A DNA stretch of 64,000 nucleotides from an uncultured Chitinophagaceae bacterium (GCA_963811275.1 CAWEQR010000007.1:157494-221493); one strand, 5' to 3'; positions 30,014-45,481 are shown, counted from the stretch's first letter. Made by a program: numbers and translations. The notes: generated by a model not told the origin, from the letters alone.

Positions 30014-33000
30014 ATGACGGAGCAACCTGCGTACTATGCCAATGCAAATACCTATAACGAAACTTCGGCTTTCAATACTATCACTTTTGATAATAGTCCT
30101 TTAAACCGGGTAGTTAATGTTAGGGAATCAGGGTCTTCCTGGGCCGCCAGTGCAGGGAATGGAGCGATCTATGATATGAATGGGGTTTCGGATAGTGTCC
30201 AGATCTGGGGAGTGGATTATATACAAGGGGATGCTCCTTTAAACCTGGGAGCTTATGCTGCGAATCTTTTGTATAAGTTGACTTATACGGATGTGAATGG
30301 CAAACAGGTCATTGAGTACACGAATATGTCGGGTCAGTTAATTTTAAAAAAAGTGCAGATTAGCAATACCCCATCTACCGGTCATCCCGGATGGATTTGT
30401 ACCTATAGTGTTTATGATGATTTTGGGCTTTTAAGGTTCCAGATTCAACCTGTAGGTGTAAACTATCTGGATGGCAACAATTGGAATTTTGCCGGAACCT
30501 ACGGCCCTACGGTCTTAGCGGAGCAGGTATTTCAATATAATTTTGATGACAAGGGGAGAACCATTTGGAAAAAAGCACCGGGTGCTTCTCCTTTGAATAT
30601 GATCTATGATATTCGCGATCGGGTCGTTTTTATGCAGGACGGTAATCAGGCCGCACTCCCGACACCCCAATGGACGGCTAACCTTTATGATGCTCTGGAC
30701 AGGCCGGTACTCACGACCTTATATAATACTTCCGAAACCATAAGTTCCTTACAAGCAGATTTAGCCGCCTCGATCGTTACTTCAACCTTTACCTCAACCG
30801 CACCCGCCACGCCCATCATGAACCTGGAGGTTAGCTCACCGAAATACGTCTATCAGCGCATATACAGCCCAATCGAGCATCATATTTAGTCCCGGGTTTT
30901 CCAGTGCTTCCGGCGATTCTTATACTGCGCAGATCAGTAGTACGGCTACGGTTCCGGCGTCAACGATTACCAGTACGGTATTAAACAATCCGATAAGTCA
31001 GTCCAACCTGAGTAATTCCGCTGTTACAACCATTTTAAAATACTTTTTTTACGACAACTATTCCTTCAATACAGTCAAAGGATTTAATAATGCATATACC
31101 AATTTGACTGCCTACAATACATCTGATCCGAACGTTATTCCCATTGCTGCATCCCTTCGGACGACGAGCATGCCAACCGGCAGTATGACCCGCATATTGA
31201 ATACAGGTGTATTTCTTTCAGAAACCAACTATTATGATGAAAAAGGAAGGCATATCCAAACGCTGGCTGACAATATCAAAACCGGTGTTGACGTCACGAC
31301 CATGCAATATCATTTTGACGGACGTTTGCTAAGTACTTGTAATAACCATACTTCTACAGCAACGGGTTATGTTGATTTCATCACTTTAAATAAGTATGTT
31401 TTTGACGCTATTGGCCGCGTAACGACCATACAAACCCAATATGGAACTAATCCTTTTAAAACCATCTCGGCTTATGATTATGATGATATGGGTCGGGTAT
31501 TGAAAAAACACCTGGATCCAAATTACAATAATCCCAATTCCGGGCAACCTGATTTGGAATCCCTGGTTTATTCATTTAACATTCATAACCAGATCACCGG
31601 TATTAATAAGGACTTTGCATTAAAAAACCCGGTAAATTATAATAAATGGGGACATTTTTTTGGACTATACCTGGGATTTGATAATAAGGACGGGGTATTT
31701 GCAAAAGCCCAGCTAAATGGACAGGTAACCGGGCAGCAGTGGAATACGCAGGGAGATGATGCCCAGCGTAAATATGATTATACCTACGATAATGCCGGAA
31801 GACTTATCACCGCTGCCTATAATCAGCAGCAACATCCAGGCGATGGGTGGTCAAACGCTTCGATGGATTTTTCGGTCACGGGAACCAGCGGACAAATCAC
31901 CTACGACAATAACGGCAACCTGCTTACGATGCTGCAAAAAGGGGTCATGCCGGGAACACCGACTCCCCTTACGGTCGATGACCTGAGGTATGCATATAAT
32001 ACGTTCAGCAATAAATTACAAAGTGTTACCGACCAGATGACTTCAACAACGCTGAACGGTCAGTTTGGTGATTTTAAGGATGGAACCAACGCTGCCGGCA
32101 CGGCGGATTATGTATATGATGCCAACGGGAATGTGGTGGTTGACCTGAATAAAAATGCACAAAGCCTCAATAATGGCGCTGCCGGAACCCCTGGAATTCA
32201 TTATAATTTTCTGGATAAGCCGGACCAGATACGTATTGCAGGGAAAGGGACCATCGAAATCGTGTATAGTGCGGATGGGGAAAAGCTGCAGCGGGCCTTT
32301 ATCCCCGATGCCGGCGGCAGCGGAACGGTTACCACCTATATTAACCAGTTTGTATTCCAGGAAACGGCCACACTGACCACCTCCTCCCCGGCGCCATTTT
32401 CCGGGACGGGCGTTTCTCTTGCCTATATCAATTTTGAAGAAGGCAGGGTTCGCGTCATCAAGGCCAATTCAACGAGCAACGGTTATGATGCGCTGACGGA
32501 GGCTGGCAATATCAAGCTTCCGGTTTCACCTTCCGGTGGCGGCGGTACGGGCGTCTTTGACTATTTTATCATGGATTACCAGCAAAATGTTCGGATGATC
32601 CTGACCGAGGAAACCCACTCGGCGGTCAACACCTGTACCATGGAAACCAGCAGGGCCTCAGCTGAAGACCCGGTGTTTGGACAGACCGGGACGGGGAATG
32701 AAGTGGAAGTTACGCGATACCCGAAACCTGCAGGCTGGACAAATAATAGCACCGGCTCTGTCAGCCAGACAGGTAAACTATGCGGCCATTTCCTGGGCCC
32801 GAATACCTTGCAAAAAGTGATGGCAGGAGACCAGCTAAGCGCTTCGGTTCAATATTACTACCAGTCTGGAGAAACCAGCAGCAACCCCAATATCGTAACA
32901 CCCATATTAAGCAGTCTGGCTATGGCCATCGGGGGGCCTGCTACCACAGGCACCCTGACCCATGGCGGGGGTTCGGCCATCACCAACAATCTAAACACGA

Positions 33001-34349
33001 ATCCGGGTATCATTACTGCCATGGAGCCCAATTCCAATACCAGCGGTACCCCACAGGCCTACCTGACCATCCTGTTTTTTGATGAACGGTTCAATTTTAT
33101 TGCAGCGGCAGATGGCGGGGTAGCCCAGCAACAGGTAGCTTCCTCCTGGAATACATCTACCCCCGCGCTGACACTGGCAAACGTAAAGGCTCCGAAAAAC
33201 GGGTATGCCTATATATATGTGAGTAACCGAAGCGACCAGGACGTTTATTTTGACAACCTGGTTGTGAATATGGTAGCGGGGAACATCATTGAAGAAAACC
33301 ACTACTACGCTTTCGGACTGAAGATTGCCGCGATAAGCAGCAAGAAACTGGGTGACGCTAATGAAGGTAAACTGAGCAATCCTTATCAGTATAACGACAA
33401 GGAAATGCTTGATGAAGATGCGGGGCTGAACTGGTATGATTACGGATTCCGGAATTATGATCCCCAGATCGGACGGTTTATGCAATTGGATCCGCTGGCA
33501 GATGTAGTTGCTTTTGTAAGCCCATATCATTACGCTTACGATGATCCAGTTAATAATACAGACTTTAATGGTCTTATAGGTATACCGTGCCCGGGAACGT
33601 CCTCACTAAGTATATTTTTTGAAAAATTTGGAGATTTTGTGTCTAAAATTGGAGATGCCATTAACCCTATAGAAAAAATATTTAGTATATCGGTAAAAGT
33701 TGCTAGTGATGCAAATACAATTTTGACCGTGTTGAATGTCTCGGATTTTATAAATAGTAGCTTAAGTACGGATGAAGTAGGTGTGGAAAGATTTCAATCA
33801 CCCAAAAAGCCACCAACAATTTTGGAAATCATAAATGATGGGAAAAATACTAGTGGTACATTTCAAGCATTGCTAAAAGCAGCTGGAGTCAACTTGAAAA
33901 ACTATAAAAATATTATTAGTTTTGGCAGTAAAGGTACTTATACTAACATCCGAACTGGAGGGATTAAATTAACAAAAGATAATAACGTTAAATTTCAGGT
34001 AATTAAACTAACTCATGAACTTACGAATAGAATAAATCTGAAAGTTTCAAGAGAATTGGATAATGAAGTGGAGAAGGGAAATATTACTGCAAAAGACTAC
34101 GCAAAAAAATTGGCTCAATCGGAAGTCGAAGGTGAAATTAATCAAATCAAAGTTTCTTCAGAAACTGATTATAGATATACAATAGAAGGTTCGGACGATC
34201 TAAATAAGTTAATTGAAAGGTATTGCAATGACCCTAAAATTGATTTGACCAAAAAAGTTTTGCCAAATGATGAGCATTTAAAAGAATATGAGGAACAAGG
34301 ACTGCGACTAAGAAAGGATTATTTAAAAAGGCATCCAATCAAAAAGTAA
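30014..34349 (+). CDS. Rhs-repeat polymorphic toxin, 5'-truncated by the IS, one frameshift near 30840
   Basis: YD repeats, Rhs core (EENHYYAFG, YDYGFRNYDPQIGRFMQLDP, YAYDDPVNNTDFNG), AT-rich C-terminal tip. Confidence 0.9.
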
Positions 34350-34356
34350 AATTGTT

Positions 34357-34789
34357 ATGAAAATGATTAATGTGGTATTATTTAGCTTAGTTATTATAAC
34401 TAAATGTGTTGGTCAGGATAATCATGAAAAAAAAACAGATAGTATAAAAAAAAATCAGATGGAGTTTATTAATAATAAATCTTTAAAATATCAGATAATA
34501 ATTCTGGCTTGCGATACTTGTGCCCCAATTTCGAATATTGGCTATAGAGTTTTAGTGGAATTGTCCAATAATGAAAGAAAATTGATAAAAAAAATCAGTT
34601 ATGCCGAATGGATGCGCTTATTAATTTCCGAAAAAAGTGATTGGGCGGCTAACCTAATTTTGTACAATTTATTTGATAGGGACGCGTCTCTTTTAGCCAG
34701 GAGAGACACTAGAAGCCTTTGGTTAAAGTATTTAAAAAAAAGATGACATTGAATATTGGCGCAACAGACTTCTCCAAGGAAATCATTGA
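34357..34789 (+). CDS. Putative Rhs immunity protein (frameshift in the A-run near 34740)
   Basis: AT-rich exported ORF 7 bp after the toxin stop; alternate frame continues DDIEYWRNRLLQGNH*. Confidence 0.7.
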
Positions 34790-35186
34790 GATGTAAAAAA
34801 AACTGCAGTCATATTAATCAATAGAAAGTTTATAATAGTTCTATATTAAAGTGCAATTAAGCTATGCCTGCTAAATGGGTCAATGTTCTTTCGAGGCAGG
34901 CGTTTAGCAAGTGTGGATATAACGAATTGGTCGCCTCCGAAACAGTTTTGCAGAAGATGAAAATCTAGTTGTTAGACAAAATAGTACAAAAAAAGCTGGC
35001 GGCGATAGCTTCTGAAAAAATAAAGTGACAAAAAGGGCGGGCATATGGGGATTTGATAGAGGAAGCCAGAGGTGAATGTGTTAAGCCTTTATCTAAGCGA
35101 CACATTGATAAGAACAATGTCCAAATATTCACCTATGGATTGCGGTCCTAGGGTAATGTAATTATTTGCTATTATAGTATAATAAC

Positions 35187-36152
35187 TTGAAAAAAATAAT
35201 ATTCATTTTAATGCTAAAATTAATCTTCTCCGTAATCATAATACTTTCGTTGCATGCCTGCAAAACTAGTACATATGCAGATAAACAATATGCGAATACA
35301 TTAGAAAACAAAACTTATAAATTAAGGTTGAATCCGGCATCAGGATCTTTATTTAAATATGAAATTAGAAACGAATCCGAAATCAAATTGAAGGTAGATG
35401 AAAAGGAAATCGACAATATCAGCAAGACAAACCTTACTGTTGACTATAATATTTTGAGAGACAGTGCGGGAAATATTCCTCTAAAAATAAACTACGATAA
35501 AATTCATATTTATACGAAGAACGGGGATACCGAAACGGATGCAGATGCTGAAAATGGCTCTTATTCGATTAACACCACCGAAAAAATGCTGGGGATTTTG
35601 AAAGATGCAACCCTGGAGGCGACCATTAGTCCGACAGGAGAAGTCAAATCCATCGCCGGGTATAAGGAACTCGGTGCAAAATTAATATCCGGCATCGGCG
35701 GAATGGACACCTATGCAAAAACTGCAGCCCAGGCTCAATGGGATAAAGTAATCGGCGACGGCATGATAAAGAAGAATCTGAAAGACCTGTTTTCCTTTTT
35801 TCCCGATTCGGCTGTTCATATGGGAGACAAGTGGAAGATTCATTCCAAGGAGAAATCGGAGATTCCCTTTGATGTGGTAACGACCTATCGCCTGACAGAT
35901 ATTTCAGATGGTGTTGCTTTTCTGACCGTCAAAGCAGTCATAACCAGCGAACCGGGAACGATCAGTTATTCCGGGACGGATGTGGTGGCGGATCTCAAAG
36001 GAGAGCAGGACGGGGAGTATCAGATGGATATCAAAACAGGCATGTTGAAGCAGTGTGAAAGCAGTTCGGAAATTAAAGGGCAAATGCAGATGATGGGAAG
36101 GGATATTCCCATGACAATAAAGTCGGAAGTTAATATGAAGGAAAATGATTAA
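35187..36152 (+). CDS. Lipoprotein, DUF6263-like
   Basis: Lipobox HAC, LRLNP..G, FPD..V..GDKW, D.KTGML. Confidence 0.7.
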   Translation: MKKIIFILMLKLIFSVIIILSLHACKTSTYADKQYANTLENKTYKLRLNPASGSLFKYEIRNESEIKLKVDEKEIDNISKTNLTVDYNILRDSAGNIPLKINYDKIHIYTKNGDTETDADAENGSYSINTTEKMLGILKDATLEATISPTGEVKSIAGYKELGAKLISGIGGMDTYAKTAAQAQWDKVIGDGMIKKNLKDLFSFFPDSAVHMGDKWKIHSKEKSEIPFDVVTTYRLTDISDGVAFLTVKAVITSEPGTISYSGTDVVADLKGEQDGEYQMDIKTGMLKQCESSSEIKGQMQMMGRDIPMTIKSEVNMKEND

Positions 36153-36200
36153 AGGCCGAAAACTGATGGTCTGATAGAATCGTCAATAAAAAATACAGAA

Positions 36201-36245
36201 AACCTGCGCCAATACAAAGTTTCACCCTTTGTATTTCCGCAGGTT
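36201..36245. terminator. Hairpin between convergent genes
   Basis: AACCTGCG..AATACAAAG / CTTTGTATT..CGCAGGTT. Confidence 0.6.
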
Positions 36246-36270
36246 AGTTATAATTAGTATCGCTCTGCAA

Positions 36271-38515
<2,245 letters not shown>

Positions 38516-38710
38516 ATTGTTTAATTTTTTAAATTGTTTTTGGCGATAAAATGATGATTGTTACCGTATGCATCATACTTCAATTCCGATACTGCGGTCA
38601 GCTAAATAGAATGACAAAGATAAATGGAATCGGAGTATTTGGCGATCATCCGGAATCTATAAAACCTGCTAAAACATGCGGACCGATGGATTGTTTACAT
38701 TAAAGCCCGG

Positions 38711-39602
38711 TTACATTTTATCCCCGGCTGATTTGCTTCCATTTCCAGCCGGCTTACGGGTATCCGGAGCAAAGTATCCGGCCTTTTTAAATTCATGGAT
38801 AATCATTTTGGCAATAACCTGATGGCCCTTATCAGATGGGTGCAGGCCGTCATAGGTATAGCCTATCGCATCCGTGGGGTAGGGATATTCGTCGCTCCCG
38901 GGATGGAAGGGGATTCCTTTGTAAAAGGGGTATTTCAAATTATGGTATGTACCGGTAACCGTATCCTTCAGCCTTTTAAATTTCACCACATTATCTACCG
39001 TGATCCCGCTTTTGTAATAAAGGTCAATAACAGTAAAGTGCTCATAACTGCCGATCTCCTTTACGGCATCGGCAAACTGTGAAAGTTCCTGACCATTTTT
39101 GGGTCTGTAGGAGCCATACGCGTTGTTATGGGCGTCGGCTATGTAAACAAAGTCTGCCACGCTGCATGGGCGTTATCAAAATAATTCCGGCGCCGGGGTT
39201 AAGGCTCCTGATCTTGTTGATGATGATGCGGTATGCCCCGTAAGTCGTTTTGAGTCCGGTATTATTTTTATAATCGTCCATGGAACCCAGCGGCAAACCC
39301 GACCACCAGTCGTTGGTGCCCAGAAAAACAGAATAGACATCTGTTTTTGTCAGCCCGAGGTGTTCAATTTCTTTTGCGATACCCACGGTGGTCCACCCGT
39401 TATGGCCCTGGTTGATGTATTTGATATTTGGATATTGTGCAGCTACTATAGCCATGTACCCGTTGGTTATCCTGTTGCCGGTTTCGTCATGATGATCATT
39501 TAAATAGGTAATGGAATCCCCGATGGCCGTCCAGGTGATTACGCGGGGTGTGAAAGCCGTCAGGTGGCATAACAGCACAAGCGCTGTGAATCTGCTTTTC
39601 AT
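38711..39602 (-). CDS. SGNH/GDSL hydrolase (one frameshift)
   Basis: GDSIT, LGTND, DGLHP. Confidence 0.88.
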
Positions 39603-39722
39603 ATCCTGATGTATTTGTGAATGTAAAGGTATTCACTAAAAATACATGTTACTGTTGCAACAGCAATGCGGCGCCGACAGGAAATGCGCAGGATATAAGA
39701 TCCGCAATTCAACCTGCAGTTG

Positions 39723-40384
39723 CTATTTTCTTTCCAATACAGATCCCTGCAGGTATTTCAACTTCACAAACGATGCGGTTTCTGTAAACCCGGCTTCCAG
39801 CCATTGCTGTTTGCATTGCGGGTTAGCGTATAGTACTTTCAGGGGGCGGTATTTCCGGTAAAGGCTTTCAGATACCTTCTGAATGAAACGCATCCATAAC
39901 AACGGCATCAAAGGGATTAAATAAAAATATGACGCCCACCGTTTCCGGAATACAATAATGACGGGCATCCGCACATTCAATGGTAAGGGACAGGTCCGGA
40001 TATTTGTTTTTAATGCCGCTGCAAACAAGAGCGGCGGCATCGCACATTTTTCTGGAAAAATCTATACCGATGATATCTGAAAATCCATAAGCGGCGCCCA
40101 TAACCAGCAAACGGCCCTTGCCGCAGCCTGCATCCAATAGTGTTGTGGTAAAATCAGCCGGCTCCAGGTAATCCAGCAGCCGGGTGGACGTGTAATAGTT
40201 GACAGGTTCATACATGCTGGCATGCCTGCGTTCTTCGACAGATCCGAGCACCTGGCAGGTTGTCAATGCCCATTGTATGGATGCCATATTTCTTTTCCCC
40301 GCTGATTTCTTGTCGTATGATAAAATAGGCAAGGCGGAACCCCCAATACCATTCCAGATAAAAAAAATACAAGAGGTACCGCAT
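39723..40384 (-). CDS. Class I SAM-dependent methyltransferase (frameshifted)
   Basis: LLDAGCGKGR, IGIDFS, FLFNPF. Confidence 0.8.
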
Positions 40385-40457
40385 CTTTAAATGAATTAAG
40401 AGCGAAGGCTGGGTTGCCGGGGGTATTTCTTCTTATGGGTACGTGCTAAATCCGGAG

Positions 40458-41723
40458 CTAAACGACAGTATGGTCACCCACTATTTCGCTTAGGGCCAGT
40501 CCCCAGTGGGGTATTTTTCCTCCCAGCGTATAATACATCTGTTTGAAGCCCATTTTAAGTGCGTACGGGGTTACTCCCATTTCCAGGTGACTTTCCTTTC
40601 CGCCCCACCATTCGTTGGTACGCATGTAAAAGCCTTTGATGCCCCCCATATCGCCCATACATAACAGTTCAAATTCCAATGGCTTAATGTCGCCTTTAAT
40701 CAGGCCCAGTTCTTTCGCTAATGTATTGGCTAAAACTTCGGCTTCCATGTGACCTAATGAACCAATTTTTGGAACGGTTACAGATGCAGCATCGCCCACA
40801 GCAAAAATGTTCTGATAATCCGGATTTCGCATATAGAGATCTGTTATTACAAAACCCTGATCGTCTGTAAAAGGTAATGCTTTCAAAAACGAATGTGCCT
40901 GCCAGTCGGGGAAAAGAATGGAGACTTCCGATTCCTGTGTGGAGCCATCAATAAATTCTATTCCGCCATCATATACTTTTTTAATTCCGTTGGTGTTTGC
41001 CTGGTAATGGTAGCCCATCTTAGTCATCATGGGTAACAATTGATGCAAAATGGTTTCACCGGCATCTTCGGCAATTACTTTGGCCGGTGTTGACAGATAA
41101 ACCGTAGATGCATTGCCTTTATGATTTTTTTCGAGCCAGTGTGCCAGGGAAAAGGCCAGTTCAACAGGAGGGCCCTCGCAGGCAGTCAGGGCAACCGGTA
41201 AACCCCGGGGTAACTTATCACTTTTTCCCTGGTGAAAAACATCTGATGTAATGACAATCGGGCCTCCTTTATATTCTTTGTGCAAATAATTTCTCAGCCG
41301 GTTACCCAGGAACGTATCCGTAACGCTATGTCCGTTTTCTGCAAACCCGTCAATAGCGTCATAAGCCAGCCGGTTGCCCAGGGCAATGACCAGGTAGTCA
41401 TATTTAATTTTCCTTACCGGATGCCCGGGTCTTTCATTGGGCTGATAAAAAACGGTATGGGTATCAGCGTCTATGGTGATAACTTCTGCCTGGATAAATT
41501 CACTTCCATCATGCTCTAAATAAGACATGAATTTATACTGCAGGTCAATGGCCGGATTGATATTGGCCAGCACCTGAAGGGGAATATTGGGAACGAACAT
41601 GAGCAATGATTTGCGGTCTATGATGGTAATATCCGCTTTGTCTTTTACTGAAGCATGAATATATCTCGCGGTGGTAAGTCCGGCAAAATTGCAGCCCAGT
41701 ATGATGATATGGGGTTTTGACAT
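40458..41723 (-). CDS. Sulfide:quinone oxidoreductase-like flavoprotein
   Basis: ILGCNFAG FAD motif, ACEGPPVE, FAVGDA, C-terminal LCMGDMG. Confidence 0.8.
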   Translation of the reverse strand: MSKPHIIILGCNFAGLTTARYIHASVKDKADITIIDRKSLLMFVPNIPLQVLANINPAIDLQYKFMSYLEHDGSEFIQAEVITIDADTHTVFYQPNERPGHPVRKIKYDYLVIALGNRLAYDAIDGFAENGHSVTDTFLGNRLRNYLHKEYKGGPIVITSDVFHQGKSDKLPRGLPVALTACEGPPVELAFSLAHWLEKNHKGNASTVYLSTPAKVIAEDAGETILHQLLPMMTKMGYHYQANTNGIKKVYDGGIEFIDGSTQESEVSILFPDWQAHSFLKALPFTDDQGFVITDLYMRNPDYQNIFAVGDAASVTVPKIGSLGHMEAEVLANTLAKELGLIKGDIKPLEFELLCMGDMGGIKGFYMRTNEWWGGKESHLEMGVTPYALKMGFKQMYYTLGGKIPHWGLALSEIVGDHTVV

Positions 41724-41979
41724 GGCTGTTTTATTTTTTTGAATGAAGTATCATTTTTTGTCGATTTCTTCACTGTTGCCTTCGTCAGTCCTTTGATACC
41801 GTTATCCCGGGTGAGTTGAAATAGAAAAGTTACAGTAGCCCGGTAATAAAAGATATGATATTGATCATTCCGGTTACTAATTATAATCAACGGCAGCTAC
41901 CTGTTGAGTACACCTGCAATCCGGCAATTTATTAACGGAAGGAAAAGAAACCTGGGACTGCTGCCATCGGGGTCGGTAT

Positions 41980-43056
41980 TTATTTCACCGCGAGACTGAA
42001 ATCGCAGGCCTGACCACCCAGTGGTGCCGGTCCGACGATTTCCGGTGTAAAGGTTAAAGTGCCGATAGTGGTCGGTGTACCGTATCCGGTTAAGGTGACG
42101 GTCTGATCCCCCAGTTTTGTAAATGTGCCGGTATAATAGAAATAAATACCATACAATGTCTTCGTGGCAATCGTGAAATCGCCCAGGGCGGTCACATACA
42201 CTTCCAGCGTATAGGTATTGGCCGCGGAGAGGGGGGTGCCCGCCGTATAAGCACCGGCAGCTGTGCCAACGCAAAGGTTTTGTCCCGAAACGATCACGTA
42301 GGTCGCCGGAGGTCCGGAGTTCAGGATGGTGAGATTGAAAGCACATCCGCTGCCATTATTTCCCTGGGGGGTAAATACCAGGTTTTGGGCATTGGTCGGG
42401 TAACCCGATCCGGCCAGGGTTACCGTCTGCGGGCCCGTTTTTGTGAAAGTTCCCGAAGCCGAGAAAGAAATGCCATTGAGGGTATCCGTGCGAATCGTAT
42501 AATCTCCGGGGGCACGGACATCCACATTCAACACCACATAATTTCCCCCTGTCATCGCGTTACCGGTTAAGTACTGACCATTGATCTTTGCATTGGTACA
42601 CTGGTTCGGTGCACCGGTGAGTGTATAATCCGCGAGTATAGTCTGCTGTTTTTGTACCGAAACAATAAAAGTACAGGAAGAAGGAATTTCAGGTGTGAAG
42701 GGAAAATCACCCACAGAATCCGGCGTGCCGCTTCCGGTTAAGGTGATGGTCTGGATGCCGGTGTCAGCGAAAGAACCGGATGCTGAAAACAAAATGCCGG
42801 TCCGGGTATTGGTTTGCAGGCTGAAAATACCGGGGGTGGTCACATCCACCTGCAATTGCACGGTATGGGTATTGCCGAGCGTTACGCCGGAATAATAGTT
42901 GCCGGATAAAACGGCCGTACAGGATCCGCCGTTACTTACCATACTGAAAACAGCGATACCTCCTTCATAGCTGTATTCCTTCTTGCATTGCATCAACAGG
43001 AGTATCATCAGTAAAACGCCGGCAGATGCTCCGGTTACTCTTCTCATCATTCGCAT
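41980..43056 (-). CDS. Lipoprotein with three Ig-like repeats
   Basis: Lipobox MQC; repeated G.Y..G...V.V...G.Y/F...T....GI.FS.SG.F..TG.QT.TL.GSG.P. Confidence 0.8.
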   Translation of the reverse strand: MRMMRRVTGASAGVLLMILLLMQCKKEYSYEGGIAVFSMVSNGGSCTAVLSGNYYSGVTLGNTHTVQLQVDVTTPGIFSLQTNTRTGILFSASGSFADTGIQTITLTGSGTPDSVGDFPFTPEIPSSCTFIVSVQKQQTILADYTLTGAPNQCTNAKINGQYLTGNAMTGGNYVVLNVDVRAPGDYTIRTDTLNGISFSASGTFTKTGPQTVTLAGSGYPTNAQNLVFTPQGNNGSGCAFNLTILNSGPPATYVIVSGQNLCVGTAAGAYTAGTPLSAANTYTLEVYVTALGDFTIATKTLYGIYFYYTGTFTKLGDQTVTLTGYGTPTTIGTLTFTPEIVGPAPLGGQACDFSLAVK

Positions 43057-43252
43057 TTCGGTAGATTCAGTTGTCCTAAGATAATAAATCTTCTCCGGGT
43101 CAGGTGATCCGGGTATATCCTGCCCCGTTAGAGGTGAATTTTGAAAATCTTCAGCGTACAGTGTGCCGCGAAAGCCGTAATTTAAGGGACTGTTCCCGGG
43201 AAAATCGGGTGTACAGTCATGGCTCTGTTTTCAGATTACAAACCAGGTTAAG

Positions 43253-45463
43253 ATGCGGATAAAAAGTCTTCGATATGGATTATTAATGTCATTTGCTGTC
43301 CTGTTCCATTCTTACGGACGCTCCCAGTTCAATGCAAAAACTTCTGTAGCCCTCATAAACAGGGTGATTCCCGACCGGGCTTCGGGTTTTGTGGTGGAAG
43401 ACCTGCCGTCAAAAGAAAGGGCAGATGTTTTTGAAATTGAAAGCAGGAACGATCAGATCGTTCTGCGCGGGAATAACGGCGTGGCCGTGGCATCGGCATT
43501 GTACTATTACCTTACCCATTTTTGTCATTGCCAGGTTACCTGGAATGGCACGAACCTGCATATCCCGAAAGTACTTCCCCCGGTATCAAAAAAAATTCAT
43601 AAGCGGTCCCCCTATACCTACCGGTATTATCTTAATTATTGCACCTTCAACTACAGCATGAGCTGGTGGGACTGGAAGCGCTGGGAGAAGGAAATTGACT
43701 GGATGGCACTGCATGGCATCAATATGCCGCTGGCCATTACCGGTGAAGAATTTACCTGGTACATGGTATATAAGGAAATGGGTTTTTCAGATCAGGATCT
43801 GCAGTCTTTTTTTAGCGGCCCGGCTTACTTTTCCTGGTTCTGGATGGGCAACCTGGACGGATGGGGCGGACCCCTGCCATTGAGCTGGATGAAGAGTCAT
43901 ATGCTGTTACAGCAACAGATTCTGCAACGTGAACGCGAGCTGGGTATGAAACCGGTATTGCCGGCATTTACGGGACATGTGCCCGCAGCTTTCAAAAAGA
44001 AGTTTCCCGATGCCAGGTTGAAAGCCAGCAACTGGAAGAACGGTTTTGCAGATACCTATATCCTTGATCCGGAGGATTCGCTGTTTGCAGCGATTGGTAA
44101 AAGATTTATGAAAACCCAGACCCGGTTATTCGGCACGGATCATTTGTATTCTGCGGACACATTCAATGAAAATGAACCGCCTTCAGATGACCCGGATGTA
44201 CCTGGCCAAAATCAGTGGACGTTTATATAACAGTATGGCGGAAACAGACCCCAAAGCCGTATGGGTGATGCAGGGATGGCTTTTTTACAGTGACCGTAAA
44301 TTCTGGAAAGCTCCCCAGATAAAAGCCCTGCTCCATGCGGTTCCTGATGAACATATGATCCTGCTTGATCTGGCGGCAGAAATAGAACCTGTCTGGAAAA
44401 GAACCCATGCTTTTTATGGAAAGCCCTGGATCTGGAATATGGTCCACAATTTTGGCGGCAATATCAGTATGTTCGGAAGAATGGACGGAGTGGCCGCAGG
44501 TCCTGCAGAGGCTTTGCACGACACAGCCTCCGGTCACCTGACGGGAATTGGCTTAACGATGGAAGGCATTGAACAAAATCCGGTGATGTATGAATTGCTT
44601 ACGGAACATGTATGGAAAATGAACCGGTCAACTTAAACCAATGGCTGGAATTATATACAATCAACCGGTATGGCGTTTTGGATAGCCATGCCATCAAAGC
44701 CTGGGAAGTATTAAGACGAACCGCCTACAATGGAGAGGACCATCAGAGATGGCGCTGAATCGATCATCACCGGAAGGCCGACCTTCGATTCTACCACCGT
44801 ATGGACAAGAACAAAACTGAATTACCAACCCCGGGATTTTCTTCCTGCCTGGGAGGATATTGATTGCCGCGGCGGCCAAGTGTAAAAACAGTGATGGATT
44901 TCAATATGACCTGGTAGATATCACCAGGCAGGCGCTGGCAAATTATGCGGTTTCCGTGCATGGGAAACTGGCCAGGGCTTACCGGGATAAAGATCCGGGC
45001 GCCTTTAAAAAATATAGTGATGAATTTTTACAGATCATCACCGATCTGGATTCCTTACTCGGAACCAGGAAGGATTTTTTACTGGGCCGGTGGATTTCAG
45101 ATGCGAGGAGTTTTGGGAATAATCCGGAGGAAAAAGCACTGTATGAACGTAATGCCCGGGACCTGATCACGCTCTGGGGAGATGCGAACAGTCCGCTGCA
45201 TGAATATTCCTGCCGCCAATGGAGTGGCTTGCTCCATGATTTCTATAAAGTCCGCTGGGAGAAATTTTTTAAAGTGACCTCCGGATTCACTGGAACAGGG
45301 AAAGGATTTCGATCAGGTTGCATTCGGGAAATATATCAGTGGCTGGGAATGGCAATGGGTGAATAAGCGAATGGATTATCCTGTGGAACCCGAAGGGAAT
45401 AGTGTGGATCTGGCGATCCGTCTTTATGGGAAATATCATAGTGAAATGAAATCCGTTTATTGA
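43253..45463 (+). CDS. alpha-N-acetylglucosaminidase (GH89), frameshifted
   Basis: RYYLNYCTFNYS, EIDWMALHGIN, DTFNEN, WVMQGW, EGIEQNP, NAR.LITLWG. Confidence 0.92.
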
Positions 45464-45481
45464 AAAAAAAGAATTCACCAA

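Larger units (their letters stand above)
28486..30014 (-). mobile_element. IS3-family insertion sequence, probably inactive
   Basis: TG...CA ends with imperfect 25-bp IRs (TGTATGTCGTCAGAAGAAAGTGTAC / TGTAAATTTTCAGCGTAAAGTGTAC); orfA/orfB with an A8G slippery run at 29590-29598. Confidence 0.9.

Noticed and set aside
34860-34910. Hairpin after the Rhs immunity gene as an attC or ncRNA
   Set aside because: Short, imperfect and single-copy; not enough support
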